Part shown: positions 17,378 through 25,228 of the stretch, piece by piece
How positions within the stretch are numbered: position 1 is the stretch's first letter
How the letters are laid out: every line of letters begins with the position of its first letter
IMG/VR virus record: IMGVR_UViG_3300021426_000046
Reading direction: 5' to 3' (one strand)
Origin: a virus
DNA: 36,214 nt
The notes under the pieces: model-generated
Told to the model about the DNA's origin: nothing
Databases searched by the model: none
The model's input: only the letters and a program-made list of their open reading frames with translations
Made by a program: the position numbers and the translations under genes

Positions 17378-17403
17378 CCCGCCTTTTGGCGGGCTTTTTA
17401 TTT
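17378..17403 (+). terminator. Rho-independent terminator after hicB
   Basis: cccgcc-tttt-ggcggg followed by cttttta ttta. Confidence 0.75.
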
Positions 17404-17706
17404 ATCCCAGCGTATCTTCCCCGCTGCAATCATTTCTTCGGCATTCTTGTAGCCGTGGGTTTGGGCATGATAATTTGTGATGATATCCATGTATTCGCCA
17501 CAGATAAGGCATGTCCCCGGGCTCCAGCGGGTCTTTTTCTTGTTGCGTGGCAATGTCACATTGGGCTTTTTGCGCTCATGGAAAAACATTTCACAGGACA
17601 CATCATGGTTCTGTCGAATCCCCCGCTCTGCCGCCCGCGAGATGTGTACGCCTTTCTTCATAATTCGTTTTTGGCCATAGTGCAAAGTCCTGCCCTCCTG
17701 TTCCAT
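17398..17706 (-). CDS. Hypothetical protein with a C-terminal C2H2-type zinc-finger motif (Ros/MucR-like spacing)
   Basis: CLIC-x10-H-x3-HG near the C-terminus. Start uncertain (M1 at 17706 or M16 at 17661). No clear RBS. Confidence 0.45.
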   Translation of the reverse strand: MEQEGRTLHYGQKRIMKKGVHISRAAERGIRQNHDVSCEMFFHERKKPNVTLPRNKKKTRWSPGTCLICGEYMDIITNYHAQTHGYKNAEEMIAAGKIRWDK

Positions 17707-17882
17707 AATTCTATCGCATACTCCAGATTGGCTCTGTCACACAGAATCTTATTGAAGCACTCTATGCAGCCAACATAATACCAGCCGTCCTTCTGGGGCC
17801 TTATGCTGGTGTTTCCCGCTTTACAGGAAGGGCAAGGCCCCAACTTTATCCCGGCCAGTTCTTCTTCGGATAAGTTCGCCAC
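17658..17882 (-). CDS. Lar-family restriction alleviation protein
   Basis: PCPSCKAG...x14..GCIEC...x13..AIELWNRR matches the Lar family pattern (CPFCG ... C..C ... A..WN.R). GTG at 17882 after GGGGAG plus 6 nt. The longer track ORF overlaps the upstream gene. Confidence 0.7.
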   Translation of the reverse strand: MANLSEEELAGIKLGPCPSCKAGNTSIRPQKDGWYYVGCIECFNKILCDRANLEYAIELWNRRAGLCTMAKNEL

Positions 17883-17902
17883 AGTTTTCTCCCCAATCCA
17901 TA

Positions 17903-18478
17903 TCAACGAGCCAGTGCATCCGCACCATAGAGCGTAACATTTATAATATCCAGCAAGCGCCCTAGCTGTCTGGACACCGTAGCTACTCCACAAGGAAGTT
18001 TCTCTGCGATTTCCTCATGGGTCATATGCTGAAAGAATTTCATCTCGATAATCGGATAGTATTGGTCCAGCCGGACGCTATCCAGCGCCACTTCAATTTC
18101 CCGAACTTCCCGGGTATCCCGGTCAATCTTCATCTCCGCAATACGTATCTTTGCCGCCCGCAAATCTTCCACATCAGGCTTTTCCCATTCATTGTTCTTA
18201 CTATGGAACTCTACAATGCTCTTAGATTTTCCCATATCCTCCCGCCGAATATCCTCAATATCCTTTTGATACCGTTCAATATTGGCTTTCAGTATCGGAA
18301 AACTATAGAGTCGCTTCATGGTCATCTTCGTCCAGTTCTTCTGGTTTTTCTTCCCTGCCAAAATCAGCCTGCGACCAACCTCTTCCATCTTGTTTTCCAC
18401 AGTTTCTTTGATAAGCTCCTGTAGCTCAGATTTTCCCTGTTTTGTGTCCAAATCGGACACTTTTTTTATATTCTGCAT
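17903..18478 (-). CDS. Sigma-70 region-4-like phage transcriptional regulator (ArpU/RinA-like; candidate late activator)
   Basis: The C-terminus YYPIIEMKFFQHMTHEEIAEKLPCGVATVSRQLGRLL is a region-4-type HTH. Phage early-region context. Confidence 0.65.
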   Translation of the reverse strand: MQNIKKVSDLDTKQGKSELQELIKETVENKMEEVGRRLILAGKKNQKNWTKMTMKRLYSFPILKANIERYQKDIEDIRREDMGKSKSIVEFHSKNNEWEKPDVEDLRAAKIRIAEMKIDRDTREVREIEVALDSVRLDQYYPIIEMKFFQHMTHEEIAEKLPCGVATVSRQLGRLLDIINVTLYGADALAR

Positions 18479-18499
18479 GATAGTCCCTTCTTTCCGGGC

Positions 18500-18796
18500 T
18501 TATACCCGAATATGTTTCACCCGGTCATGTTCTTCAGCCTGCTTGGCATTATTCCACCGGTCAATGGTGCCAACCAAATATCCCGTTATCCGGCGTATGC
18601 GTTCAAATTTTTCTCCCCGGCAGGTATAGCTCAGCGTGATTTCATCAAGGCCGACCGGTTCTATCTGCAGTTTGACCAATTTGGCGCTCGTTTGTGTTTT
18701 GACAAAGTCGATGTATTTAGCCACTTCCCCCTCATCCATGTCTGGGATATTGTAAATCTCCACATGAACATCATCTATTTGATACACAGAAACCAT
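18500..18796 (-). CDS. Stand-alone NrdD-type glycyl-radical domain protein (98 aa)
   Basis: The C-terminus RRITGYLVGTIDRWNNAKQAEEHDRVKH aligns with the C-terminal glycyl-radical motif of class III RNR NrdD (E. coli RRVCGYLGSPDARPFNAGKQEEVKRRVKH). The catalytic barrel and Zn ribbon are absent. Confidence 0.7.
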   Translation of the reverse strand: MVSVYQIDDVHVEIYNIPDMDEGEVAKYIDFVKTQTSAKLVKLQIEPVGLDEITLSYTCRGEKFERIRRITGYLVGTIDRWNNAKQAEEHDRVKHIRV

Positions 18797-18834
18797 TTTT
18801 ATCCCCCCTTCCCCTGAGGGTATTCTACTAAAGA

Positions 18835-20259
18835 TTATTTGCCGCCCGCTTCCTGGTCAAAAAGTTCTTCCCATTCTCCCAGGCGGGCGGTTATATCCGC
18901 AATTTCTTCCTTGCCTAGGGCAATATACTCTTGGAATATGTCCGCCATTGCACGGTGGGTGTTTCTCTTAACAGGCGATTCAGCATTTATATTCACCTGC
19001 ATAGTTTCATATTCCACTTGGCTGTTCAGATTTTGGATAACTCCACGCAAAGCCCTTTTCCGCAGCCACATCTCCCGCATATCCTCTATCTCCAGTTCCT
19101 CACCATCTGTACCTCTGGTGGGCGGTTGCGTTACCGAATCCTCTTTGTTGTGGTTATTTTCGTCTGTTGATGATTCTGCCGGTGCTTCTGACTGGTTCTC
19201 TGTCAGCCTCAGTTCTTCGGCAGGATTTTCTTTTGCTACCGGGCAGCCTACGATACTATAACCGCTCTCCCACAAAGCTTCGTGCAAAGGCGGGTAATAA
19301 TGAGCCAGTTCAACCATAATCCCTTCTATGGCCTTTTGACTGGATTCATAAGGGAAATTGTAGTTTATCCCCGAAGCTGCGCCGCCATTTTGAGCACGAT
19401 AATTATACCCGGCATAAAACTTGCCATCTTTCTCTATATATTGAATGGTCAACGTCATATTAAATCTGGGTTTGATATGGAGCATATATTCCATCTGCAT
19501 AGGCAATGCCATATCCGATTCCTCAGCAGCCTTCCGCACCTCAGCCTGTTTCTGCCGCTCCACAATATCCCTTATGGTGATTGTCTGTCCCTGGCTTAAT
19601 TTTTCAGCCAATGCCGCCTGTTCCTCTGCAGACAACCTGGCGGCTTCATAGGCTACGCTGATACCGATTTCGCTATTTTCAAAAGCCGCCCGCAATACTT
19701 CATTGTTCAGCCCCTTGGAAATGACATTGTAACGTCCCAGCTGCCCTGTGGTCGTCCCTAACATCTTCGCAGCAATATCCCGCACCCGCCCGCTGATTTG
19801 CTTACGCTCCTTTAGCTGATTGAGAATGGACGTTGCCCGCTCTGCCTGACGCATCTTTTCAGCCTCAGACAGTACGCGAGCCGTACTGTTGGTCTGGATC
19901 AGGAACAACTCCTGCAACAGGTCATCCGGTTCAGTCATAACCATGCAAGGCATCTGCGCAAATTCGGTATGCCCTTCCTCAACCAGTTTCTGACACGCCA
20001 GCCTACGGCGATGACCGGCGATAATCACATGATTGCCATTTTCATCTGCCGCCGTCACCACAGCATTCTGCAGAACCTTGCCTGTAAGCAGAATAGAATG
20101 TGCCAGCTCTTCAATCTCACCAACTTCATAAATAAGCTCATTGGCCGGATTGGGTATCATCTTTTCCAAAGGGATATTATGGAGTTCATATTTCTTGCCT
20201 GCGCCTGCCGCCTGTGCCTTGCTCTTATTATTCATCAAGGTCATCATATCGAATGCCAT
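18835..20259 (-). CDS. parB: ParB/Srx-domain protein (474 aa) with an extended C-terminal region
   Basis: IPLEKMIPNPAN...VIIAGHRRRLA is the ParB N-terminal domain motif. It follows parA directly, with AGGAGG before the ATG. Confidence 0.8.
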   Translation of the reverse strand: MAFDMMTLMNNKSKAQAAGAGKKYELHNIPLEKMIPNPANELIYEVGEIEELAHSILLTGKVLQNAVVTAADENGNHVIIAGHRRRLACQKLVEEGHTEFAQMPCMVMTEPDDLLQELFLIQTNSTARVLSEAEKMRQAERATSILNQLKERKQISGRVRDIAAKMLGTTTGQLGRYNVISKGLNNEVLRAAFENSEIGISVAYEAARLSAEEQAALAEKLSQGQTITIRDIVERQKQAEVRKAAEESDMALPMQMEYMLHIKPRFNMTLTIQYIEKDGKFYAGYNYRAQNGGAASGINYNFPYESSQKAIEGIMVELAHYYPPLHEALWESGYSIVGCPVAKENPAEELRLTENQSEAPAESSTDENNHNKEDSVTQPPTRGTDGEELEIEDMREMWLRKRALRGVIQNLNSQVEYETMQVNINAESPVKRNTHRAMADIFQEYIALGKEEIADITARLGEWEELFDQEAGGK

Positions 20260-21027
20260 TTACTTCGCCTCCTGAATCATTTCCAGATATTCCTCTGCCA
20301 TTTCCCGATAGTTTTTTGCCGCCCACGAGCGAGGACTATACTCCCGCAAGGGCTTGCCCACGAAACTGGCTTCATCTACTTTTGGCGTCCAATGAATCTT
20401 TGTCTGGAACATCTTGTACTGGCTATTGGCCAGATATGCTGCCCCCGTCCGGTTCACATCATTAAAGCGATAGCTGGTGATAATACAGCCACAAAAATTC
20501 AATCGCGGATTGTAATTGTCCCTGACCTGGTTGGCTGTGTCTACCATGATATCTACTCCATCAAAAGTAAACCGGTCAATCTTCACCGGGACAATATAAT
20601 CATCTCCTGCAGTCAAGGCATTGATAACACTCATGGACACATCTGGAGCATTGTCAATAATGGCAAAATCATACTGACCATCAACAAAAGCCAGTGCCCT
20701 TTTCAGATGTTCATGCTGTGGTACTGTTTCATCCATGAGTATCTCCTTATCAGCTGCCAGCAGATTCATATTGGCAGGCAAAATATCCAAATGGGGGAAC
20801 TCTGTCTGCTGAACAGCCTCCTGTATGGCCGCTTTCCCGGTCAACACCTCAGCAATGCCGGGAGCCTCATAGCTATGGCGGTCAAAGAACTGCGAAGAAT
20901 TGGCCTGCTTATCGTTATCCACCAGCAGCACCCTTTTCCCCATTTCAGCCAGATTACATGCCAGGTTTATGCTGGTGGTGGTCTTAGCCACCCCGCCCTT
21001 CAGATTGCAAATATTTATGGTTCTCAC
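20260..21027 (-). CDS. parA: ParA/Soj-family partition ATPase
   Basis: Deviant Walker A NLKGGVAKTTT plus VLLVDNDKQAN. GTG start after AAAGGAGAA. Confidence 0.9.
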   Translation of the reverse strand: MRTINICNLKGGVAKTTTSINLACNLAEMGKRVLLVDNDKQANSSQFFDRHSYEAPGIAEVLTGKAAIQEAVQQTEFPHLDILPANMNLLAADKEILMDETVPQHEHLKRALAFVDGQYDFAIIDNAPDVSMSVINALTAGDDYIVPVKIDRFTFDGVDIMVDTANQVRDNYNPRLNFCGCIITSYRFNDVNRTGAAYLANSQYKMFQTKIHWTPKVDEASFVGKPLREYSPRSWAAKNYREMAEEYLEMIQEAK

Positions 21028-21811
21028 TTTGTTTTCTCCTTTTCATTCGACAGAAGAAATACCATTGGGAAGTGTCCTCCCGGTATTCCTTTTCCACACG
21101 ATCCATCTCATAGCCGGGATTATCCGCCTCGATAATTTGCTTCATGAATTCACTGTCTTCCGGCAGGTCCTTCATCAGCGCCATCTTTTTACTGCTCATC
21201 ATTCGCGGATTATCATTGATACTCTCCCATGGCCGAACAAGGTTGTGGGAAGATGACCACCGCTTGCGTCCCTTAGGGTCTTTGGACAAATAGCCAATCA
21301 AAGGAGCAATGTCATTTTTCCTGTCCGGCTGGATGCGGTCTGCATTGCAATAGCCCAGTCCCCATCGCTTTTCTACCGTGTCCCTGTCCAAATCTCCATC
21401 CATGATGAAATGATGGTGAATCCGGCCATTGGTGGCTCCTTCCTCTGTGACACATACATACCGGACAGAGGGCAGCCCTGCCTTGCTCCGGGTATAATTC
21501 AGTCTCCTGATGTAATTTTCCACCGCCTTCATGGCCATCTTCAGGTCAGCGGGCCGGTTCTCATCATCATAGGTCACAGTCACATGCAGGTCATCTTTGT
21601 GGAAATTAGACAAAACCAGTGCTTCAAAATATCGCTTGCTTCTTTTCTCATTGAGATTCCTCTGCTTTGGGGTGCTGGCTTCAAACTTCCGCTGCCTGCC
21701 TCGCCCTTGCCTAGTTCCTCTCTCTGTGTATTTGAAATAACTTACCTGAATATACTCTGCTCTGGCTCCATACCTTCCGCAGTGTCTGGTTCTTTTTCGA
21801 TTCCCACTCAT
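20984..21811 (-). CDS. HUH-superfamily rolling-circle replication initiator (Rep)
   Basis: Motif I HVTVTYDD, motif II (HUH) RIHHHFIMDG, and motif III IGYLSKD (YxxK) occur in the canonical order. Confidence 0.7.
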   Translation of the reverse strand: MSGNRKRTRHCGRYGARAEYIQVSYFKYTERGTRQGRGRQRKFEASTPKQRNLNEKRSKRYFEALVLSNFHKDDLHVTVTYDDENRPADLKMAMKAVENYIRRLNYTRSKAGLPSVRYVCVTEEGATNGRIHHHFIMDGDLDRDTVEKRWGLGYCNADRIQPDRKNDIAPLIGYLSKDPKGRKRWSSSHNLVRPWESINDNPRMMSSKKMALMKDLPEDSEFMKQIIEADNPGYEMDRVEKEYREDTSQWYFFCRMKRRKQSENHKYLQSEGRGG

Positions 21812-21985
21812 AATCTATTTCCTTGTCTCAAACTATGGTTCATATCTTCTTAAGATATACAATTGTATTTCAACGAAATGTTAATACCGCATACAAGCCC
21901 CATGCCGCCCCGCGGCGGCAAAAGACTTTTTTGACCATGCCATATTGCTTTTCGCCCGTGGGAATGATATACTAGACGCAGTTGA

Positions 21986-22162
21986 TTAAATAGCGTGTAT
22001 ATCATGCCGCAGGCTCTTTCCTGATGTCCCAATCAGGAAGGGCTTTTTTGTTTTACTGACCATTACCTGTATGCTCTTGTCTGCATACTGAATCTTGACG
22101 ATTGACTCACGGCCATTGCTCCTTCCAAACAGTCGGACAATTCTCTGCTCTTTAAACGACAT
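21986..22162 (-). CDS. Candidate small ORF (58 aa) upstream of rep
   Basis: ATG at 22162 lies 11 nt after AAGGAGGTGA. Sequence MSFKEQRIVRLFGRSNGRESIVKIQYADKSIQVMVSKTKKPF.. Below the track cutoff. It runs through a hairpin. Confidence 0.35.
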   Translation of the reverse strand: MSFKEQRIVRLFGRSNGRESIVKIQYADKSIQVMVSKTKKPFLIGTSGKSLRHDIHAI

Positions 22163-22200
22163 GCGCCATCACCTCCTTTCGTATGGGGCTGCCCACTTTC

Positions 22201-22461
22201 TCACTCCCTGGCTCCATCCACTACCACAACAACAGGGTTAATCATCAGCTTCATCATATGTACCATGTCCCTGAAATCCTCATCTATGGTGCAGGTATAT
22301 TCCGTGCTGACAGTCTTGACATCTTCATGTGCCTCTGGAGGTTCAATGCTAAAACCGGCGCGATTCAGCCGGTCATCTGCAAACCAGCGCAGAATAAACG
22401 CACGACGCATCTTGATATCCTCTTCCGTTTTAAAAAAAATTGCTTTATGAATCATTCTCAT
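22201..22461 (-). CDS. Hypothetical protein (86 aa)
   Basis: RBS GGGGAGG plus 9 nt, then ATG at 22461. The longer track ORF lacks an RBS. Confidence 0.55.
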   Translation of the reverse strand: MRMIHKAIFFKTEEDIKMRRAFILRWFADDRLNRAGFSIEPPEAHEDVKTVSTEYTCTIDEDFRDMVHMMKLMINPVVVVVDGARE

Positions 22462-22546
22462 ACTTCTTAACCTCCCCAAAAATCCGTATAAATAGCCGCC
22501 CGCTACCGTCATCAGACTTACGCCGGCGGCTATATTGCTGTCCTCA

Positions 22547-22699
22547 TCATGCTGACTTCTTGCCTTCCTTTGGCACGGGAACAAACATAGAGATATCTAT
22601 GCCGGACTCCTGTATGCGTTTATCCAGCTCTTCTTCAGTGGTGATTCCCATCGCTACCAGCTTCTTTTTCAGCATTTCTGCTTTCTCATGGGTATTCAT
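22547..22699 (-). CDS. Hypothetical small protein (50 aa)
   Basis: RBS AAGGAGG plus 8 nt, then ATG at 22699. Sequence MNTHEKAEMLKKKLVAMGITTEEELDKRIQESG. Confidence 0.55.
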   Translation of the reverse strand: MNTHEKAEMLKKKLVAMGITTEEELDKRIQESGIDISMFVPVPKEGKKSA

Positions 22700-23089
22700 A
22701 CTTACTGCCTCCTTAATATTGCAGGTTGCCGCCTGCATGAACATCTGACAGTCTCATTTTTCACAACACTGGCCACCATGGCAGCCACATTTATTGCTGC
22801 CAGCGCTTGCCGATTTGAGCAGCCAGAAGCTCATCAATGCTTTATATGCAAATGACAAGCTCCATGCCCTAAGCCCTCAACCATATGCGCTTGCCCGGCT
22901 GAAGACCAAGCGAGAACAGAAAATCTTCTCCCTGCAATGGGATTTGGTCAAGATTGCCCTGGGCTATATTCTTGGCTTTCTCAGCGCATGGCTACTCAAA
23001 TAAATGGCAGTAAGTAAGCCACCCCAGCCAAAATCCCAAAGTCAGCAACAATCCAGTCCATAAAATTTCCTTCAGCATCGCTCATATCC

Positions 23090-23410
23090 TCATCTTTCCG
23101 CCAAGCAATTGGCGGCTTTATTTTTGCCTTCCTCCATCTCACGAAGCCGCCGCCCTACCGGGCACATCATATCGCAATAATAGCGAAGCAGTTCCGGAGC
23201 CTCATAGACCTCTGCCATAATCAACAATTCGTCCCTGTGCGGCTCCTGCAGCCCCCGTTCAATCTGGTAAAGCCGCGTAGAGCTGATGCCCACCATTGCC
23301 CCAGCAGACACCCGCGACTCAAACGCCGTGTCACGTTCCGCTGCATGGAGCCGGGCCCGATAATATGGATTTGCCGCAGTCTCCTGACACATAAACACCA
23401 AAGCGCTCAC
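23090..23410 (-). CDS. XRE-like HTH regulator (106 aa)
   Basis: VSAGAMVGISSTRLYQIERGLQEPHRDELLIMAEVY is an XRE-type HTH. Start codon uncertain. Confidence 0.65.
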   Translation of the reverse strand: MSALVFMCQETAANPYYRARLHAAERDTAFESRVSAGAMVGISSTRLYQIERGLQEPHRDELLIMAEVYEAPELLRYYCDMMCPVGRRLREMEEGKNKAANCLAER

Positions 23411-23541
23411 CCCTTCTCCAACATACGCAAATACATGCTTTTGGTATATTTTTTTCTGCTAAAATCTAAATAACCCATCAAGTACCACTAGAACCAACAA
23501 CAAATTTTCTATTGTCTACTCTACATTGAGCGAAGCCGCGT

Positions 23542-23922
23542 TTATCGTTTGGGCTTCGCTTTCTTTTTTCCCTCCTTATATGCCCGCATAAGCTGGTCAA
23601 ACAAGAAATCTGCGTGCCAATTTCTGAACGAAACGCCATCCAGCTCCTTGACGGTTGTCATAAACTCATCACGCAGTTTTACCAGCATTTTAGCTTCACT
23701 ATATGTCAGGTGCTCTTGTCCAGGGGTTACTCGTCTGTGCTCTCCACACGCTGAAGTTCCGTGGTCTGTTCCCTCGTACCATTCAAAAAACCTAAGCCAA
23801 CATTCCATATCATCTTTTATAAAATCCAGCTCACACCCCTCAGACACAGGGCAAACCTCACAATAGGGGCTGTGCATAAATGTTGCTGCCAGATAGGCCA
23901 GTTTTTTATTTTCCTTGTCCAT
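23542..23922 (-). CDS. Hypothetical Cys-rich early protein (126 aa)
   Basis: Second gene of the leftward early operon, after the Cro-like gene. No motif recognised. Confidence 0.6.
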   Translation of the reverse strand: MDKENKKLAYLAATFMHSPYCEVCPVSEGCELDFIKDDMECWLRFFEWYEGTDHGTSACGEHRRVTPGQEHLTYSEAKMLVKLRDEFMTTVKELDGVSFRNWHADFLFDQLMRAYKEGKKKAKPKR

Positions 23923-24004
23923 TGTCAGTCCCTTCTGGTTTTGGTGATTATGGAAGCCCTGCTGAATTTTTCAGGCAAGGTATTGCTCAGTCAAAGCTTG
24001 CTGA

Positions 24005-24229
24005 TTATGCTTCCTTTTTTTCTAACAAGATTTCCTTGTTAAATACATCAAAAAAAAGTTCTTCCATAGGGATACCGCTGTCAATTTCCAAGCGTTTCAT
24101 AGTGACTACATTAGGTTTCAACACTCCCATTTCCCACATGCTCCATGCCTGTTGGCTTACACCGTAGACTGCTGCCATGTCAGCTTGAGAGCGTTTGCCT
24201 CTAAAGGCAATCAGTTTTTCTCGTTTCAC
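24005..24229 (-). CDS. Cro-like XRE-family repressor (74 aa)
   Basis: FRGKRSQADMAAVYGVSQQAWSMWEMG is an HTH. GTG at 24229 after GGGGTGA. Divergent from the CI-like gene. Confidence 0.8.
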   Translation of the reverse strand: MKREKLIAFRGKRSQADMAAVYGVSQQAWSMWEMGVLKPNVVTMKRLEIDSGIPMEELFFDVFNKEILLEKKEA

Positions 24230-24248
24230 AATTTCACCCCCTATAAAA

Positions 24249-24345
24249 ACAAGATATACTTGTAATGATATAATACAAGTTTTCCTTGTCCATGTCAATA
24301 TTTTTTACAAGCTTAGCTGTGTTTATTTATACAAGTATTGATTGT
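24249..24345. promoter_or_regulatory. Switch region with four ACAAG-N5-CTTGT-type operator half-palindromes
   Basis: acaagatatacttgt at 24249-63 and acaagttttccttgt at 24275-89 (both with perfect 5-bp arms). acaagcttagctgtg at 24307-21 and acaagtattgattgt at 24331-45 are degenerate. A TATAAT lies at 24268-73. Confidence 0.65.
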
Positions 24346-24376
24346 AAAATCTATACTATAGATAGGAGTGATTGTA

Positions 24377-24808
24377 ATGTTTGCAATAAGACTCAAAGAG
24401 TTACGGACTAAAAAGAACAGCCTTACCCAGGCTAAACTTGCAGAAATAATGAATGTATCTCAACAGGCTGTTGGCTTATGGGAACGCGGTAAAAATATGC
24501 CTTCTCATGAATTAGTAGCTAAACTGGCCGCCTACTTCAACGTCACCACCGACTATCTCCTTGGCCTGTCCGACCAGCCACATGCTCCTCAGCAAGAGCC
24601 ACCTAAAACCAGCAATTCCTCCCCCCATCAGCAGCAGCCACTCCAGCCCGATACCCTCACCCCCGAAGAAGCTTCTCTCGTCCAAGCCTACCGCAACGCC
24701 AACGACCGCGACAAATCCATCATTGACACCATCCTCAAACCGGAAGTGCGTGCTCAGAGCGAAACCGTGGAAGAAACGCCCCTGAGCACTGCCGAACGTA
24801 TAGGATAA
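24377..24808 (+). CDS. CI-like XRE-family repressor (143 aa) without a peptidase domain
   Basis: LTQAKLAEIMNVSQQAVGLWERGKNMPS is an HTH ending in DYLLGLSD. It is followed by a Pro/Gln-rich linker and a 45-aa tail. RBS AGGAG plus 8 nt, then ATG at 24377. Confidence 0.85.
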   Translation: MFAIRLKELRTKKNSLTQAKLAEIMNVSQQAVGLWERGKNMPSHELVAKLAAYFNVTTDYLLGLSDQPHAPQQEPPKTSNSSPHQQQPLQPDTLTPEEASLVQAYRNANDRDKSIIDTILKPEVRAQSETVEETPLSTAERIG

Positions 24809-24856
24809 ACAATAGCCGCCCCGTGGTTGGGACGGCATGAAAGGATATGATTATTT

Positions 24857-25228
24857 TTGAAACGTGATTTAGATTTACTTCGAGCTATTTTAATAAAAAT
24901 CGAATTCTTGGAACCATCATATGGAATCATGCGGCTACATACCTTCCATGAGCTATGTGATGACGACGTTGTGCTATCCTTGCATATCCAACTCTTACGG
25001 GATGCAGGCTTTATTGAAGTAACTGATTCTCTATATGCTGATGATATGGTACAAGACTTCCTTATCAGCAGAATAACATTTGCTGGCTACGATTATTTAG
25101 ACACAGTCCGCAATGAATCTATATGGAACGAAATAAAGCAAAAGATTTCCACCATTGGAGGAAGCGTTTCCATCGATGTCATCAAATCAATTGGGGTTGC
25201 TATCGTGAAGCAGCATCTAGGAATCTAG
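24857..25228 (+). CDS. DUF2513-like protein (123 aa)
   Basis: The N-terminus MKRDLDLLRAILIKIE matches the characteristic DUF2513 start, recalled from memory. TTG start. AT-rich. Confidence 0.6.
   Translation: MKRDLDLLRAILIKIEFLEPSYGIMRLHTFHELCDDDVVLSLHIQLLRDAGFIEVTDSLYADDMVQDFLISRITFAGYDYLDTVRNESIWNEIKQKISTIGGSVSIDVIKSIGVAIVKQHLGI

Noticed and set aside
21850-22032. Track ORF 21850..22032 (-), 60 aa.
   Set aside because: It has no RBS and odd composition, and it crosses hairpins in the rep leader. The differently framed 58-aa ORF with a strong RBS is the better, though still weak, candidate.
22794-23003. Plus-strand ORF of 69 aa with a hydrophobic C-terminus, and a 29-aa minus-strand hydrophobic mini-ORF at ~23004-23090.
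   Set aside because: The plus ORF has a TTG start without an RBS. The minus mini-ORF has poor SD spacing. I could not support either, so the 345-bp region 22745-23089 remains unexplained.
23517-23575. A 9-bp hairpin agcgaagcc/ggcttcgct followed by a plus-strand T-run, looking like a plus-strand terminator.
   Set aside because: Its right arm and T-run are the coding sequence for the Lys-rich C-terminus (KKKAKPKR) of the minus-strand gene 23542..23922. No plus-strand transcription unit lies upstream.
24512-24838. ORF 24512..24838 (-) and ORF 26278..26649 (-) share a long near-identical peptide (FFHGFALSTHFRFEDG.NDGF.AVVGVAVGLDE), which looks like a conserved paralogous gene pair.
   Set aside because: Both are antisense readings of the repressor 3' end and its remnant. 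The similarity comes from the plus-strand repeat. Neither has an RBS, and the composition is odd.
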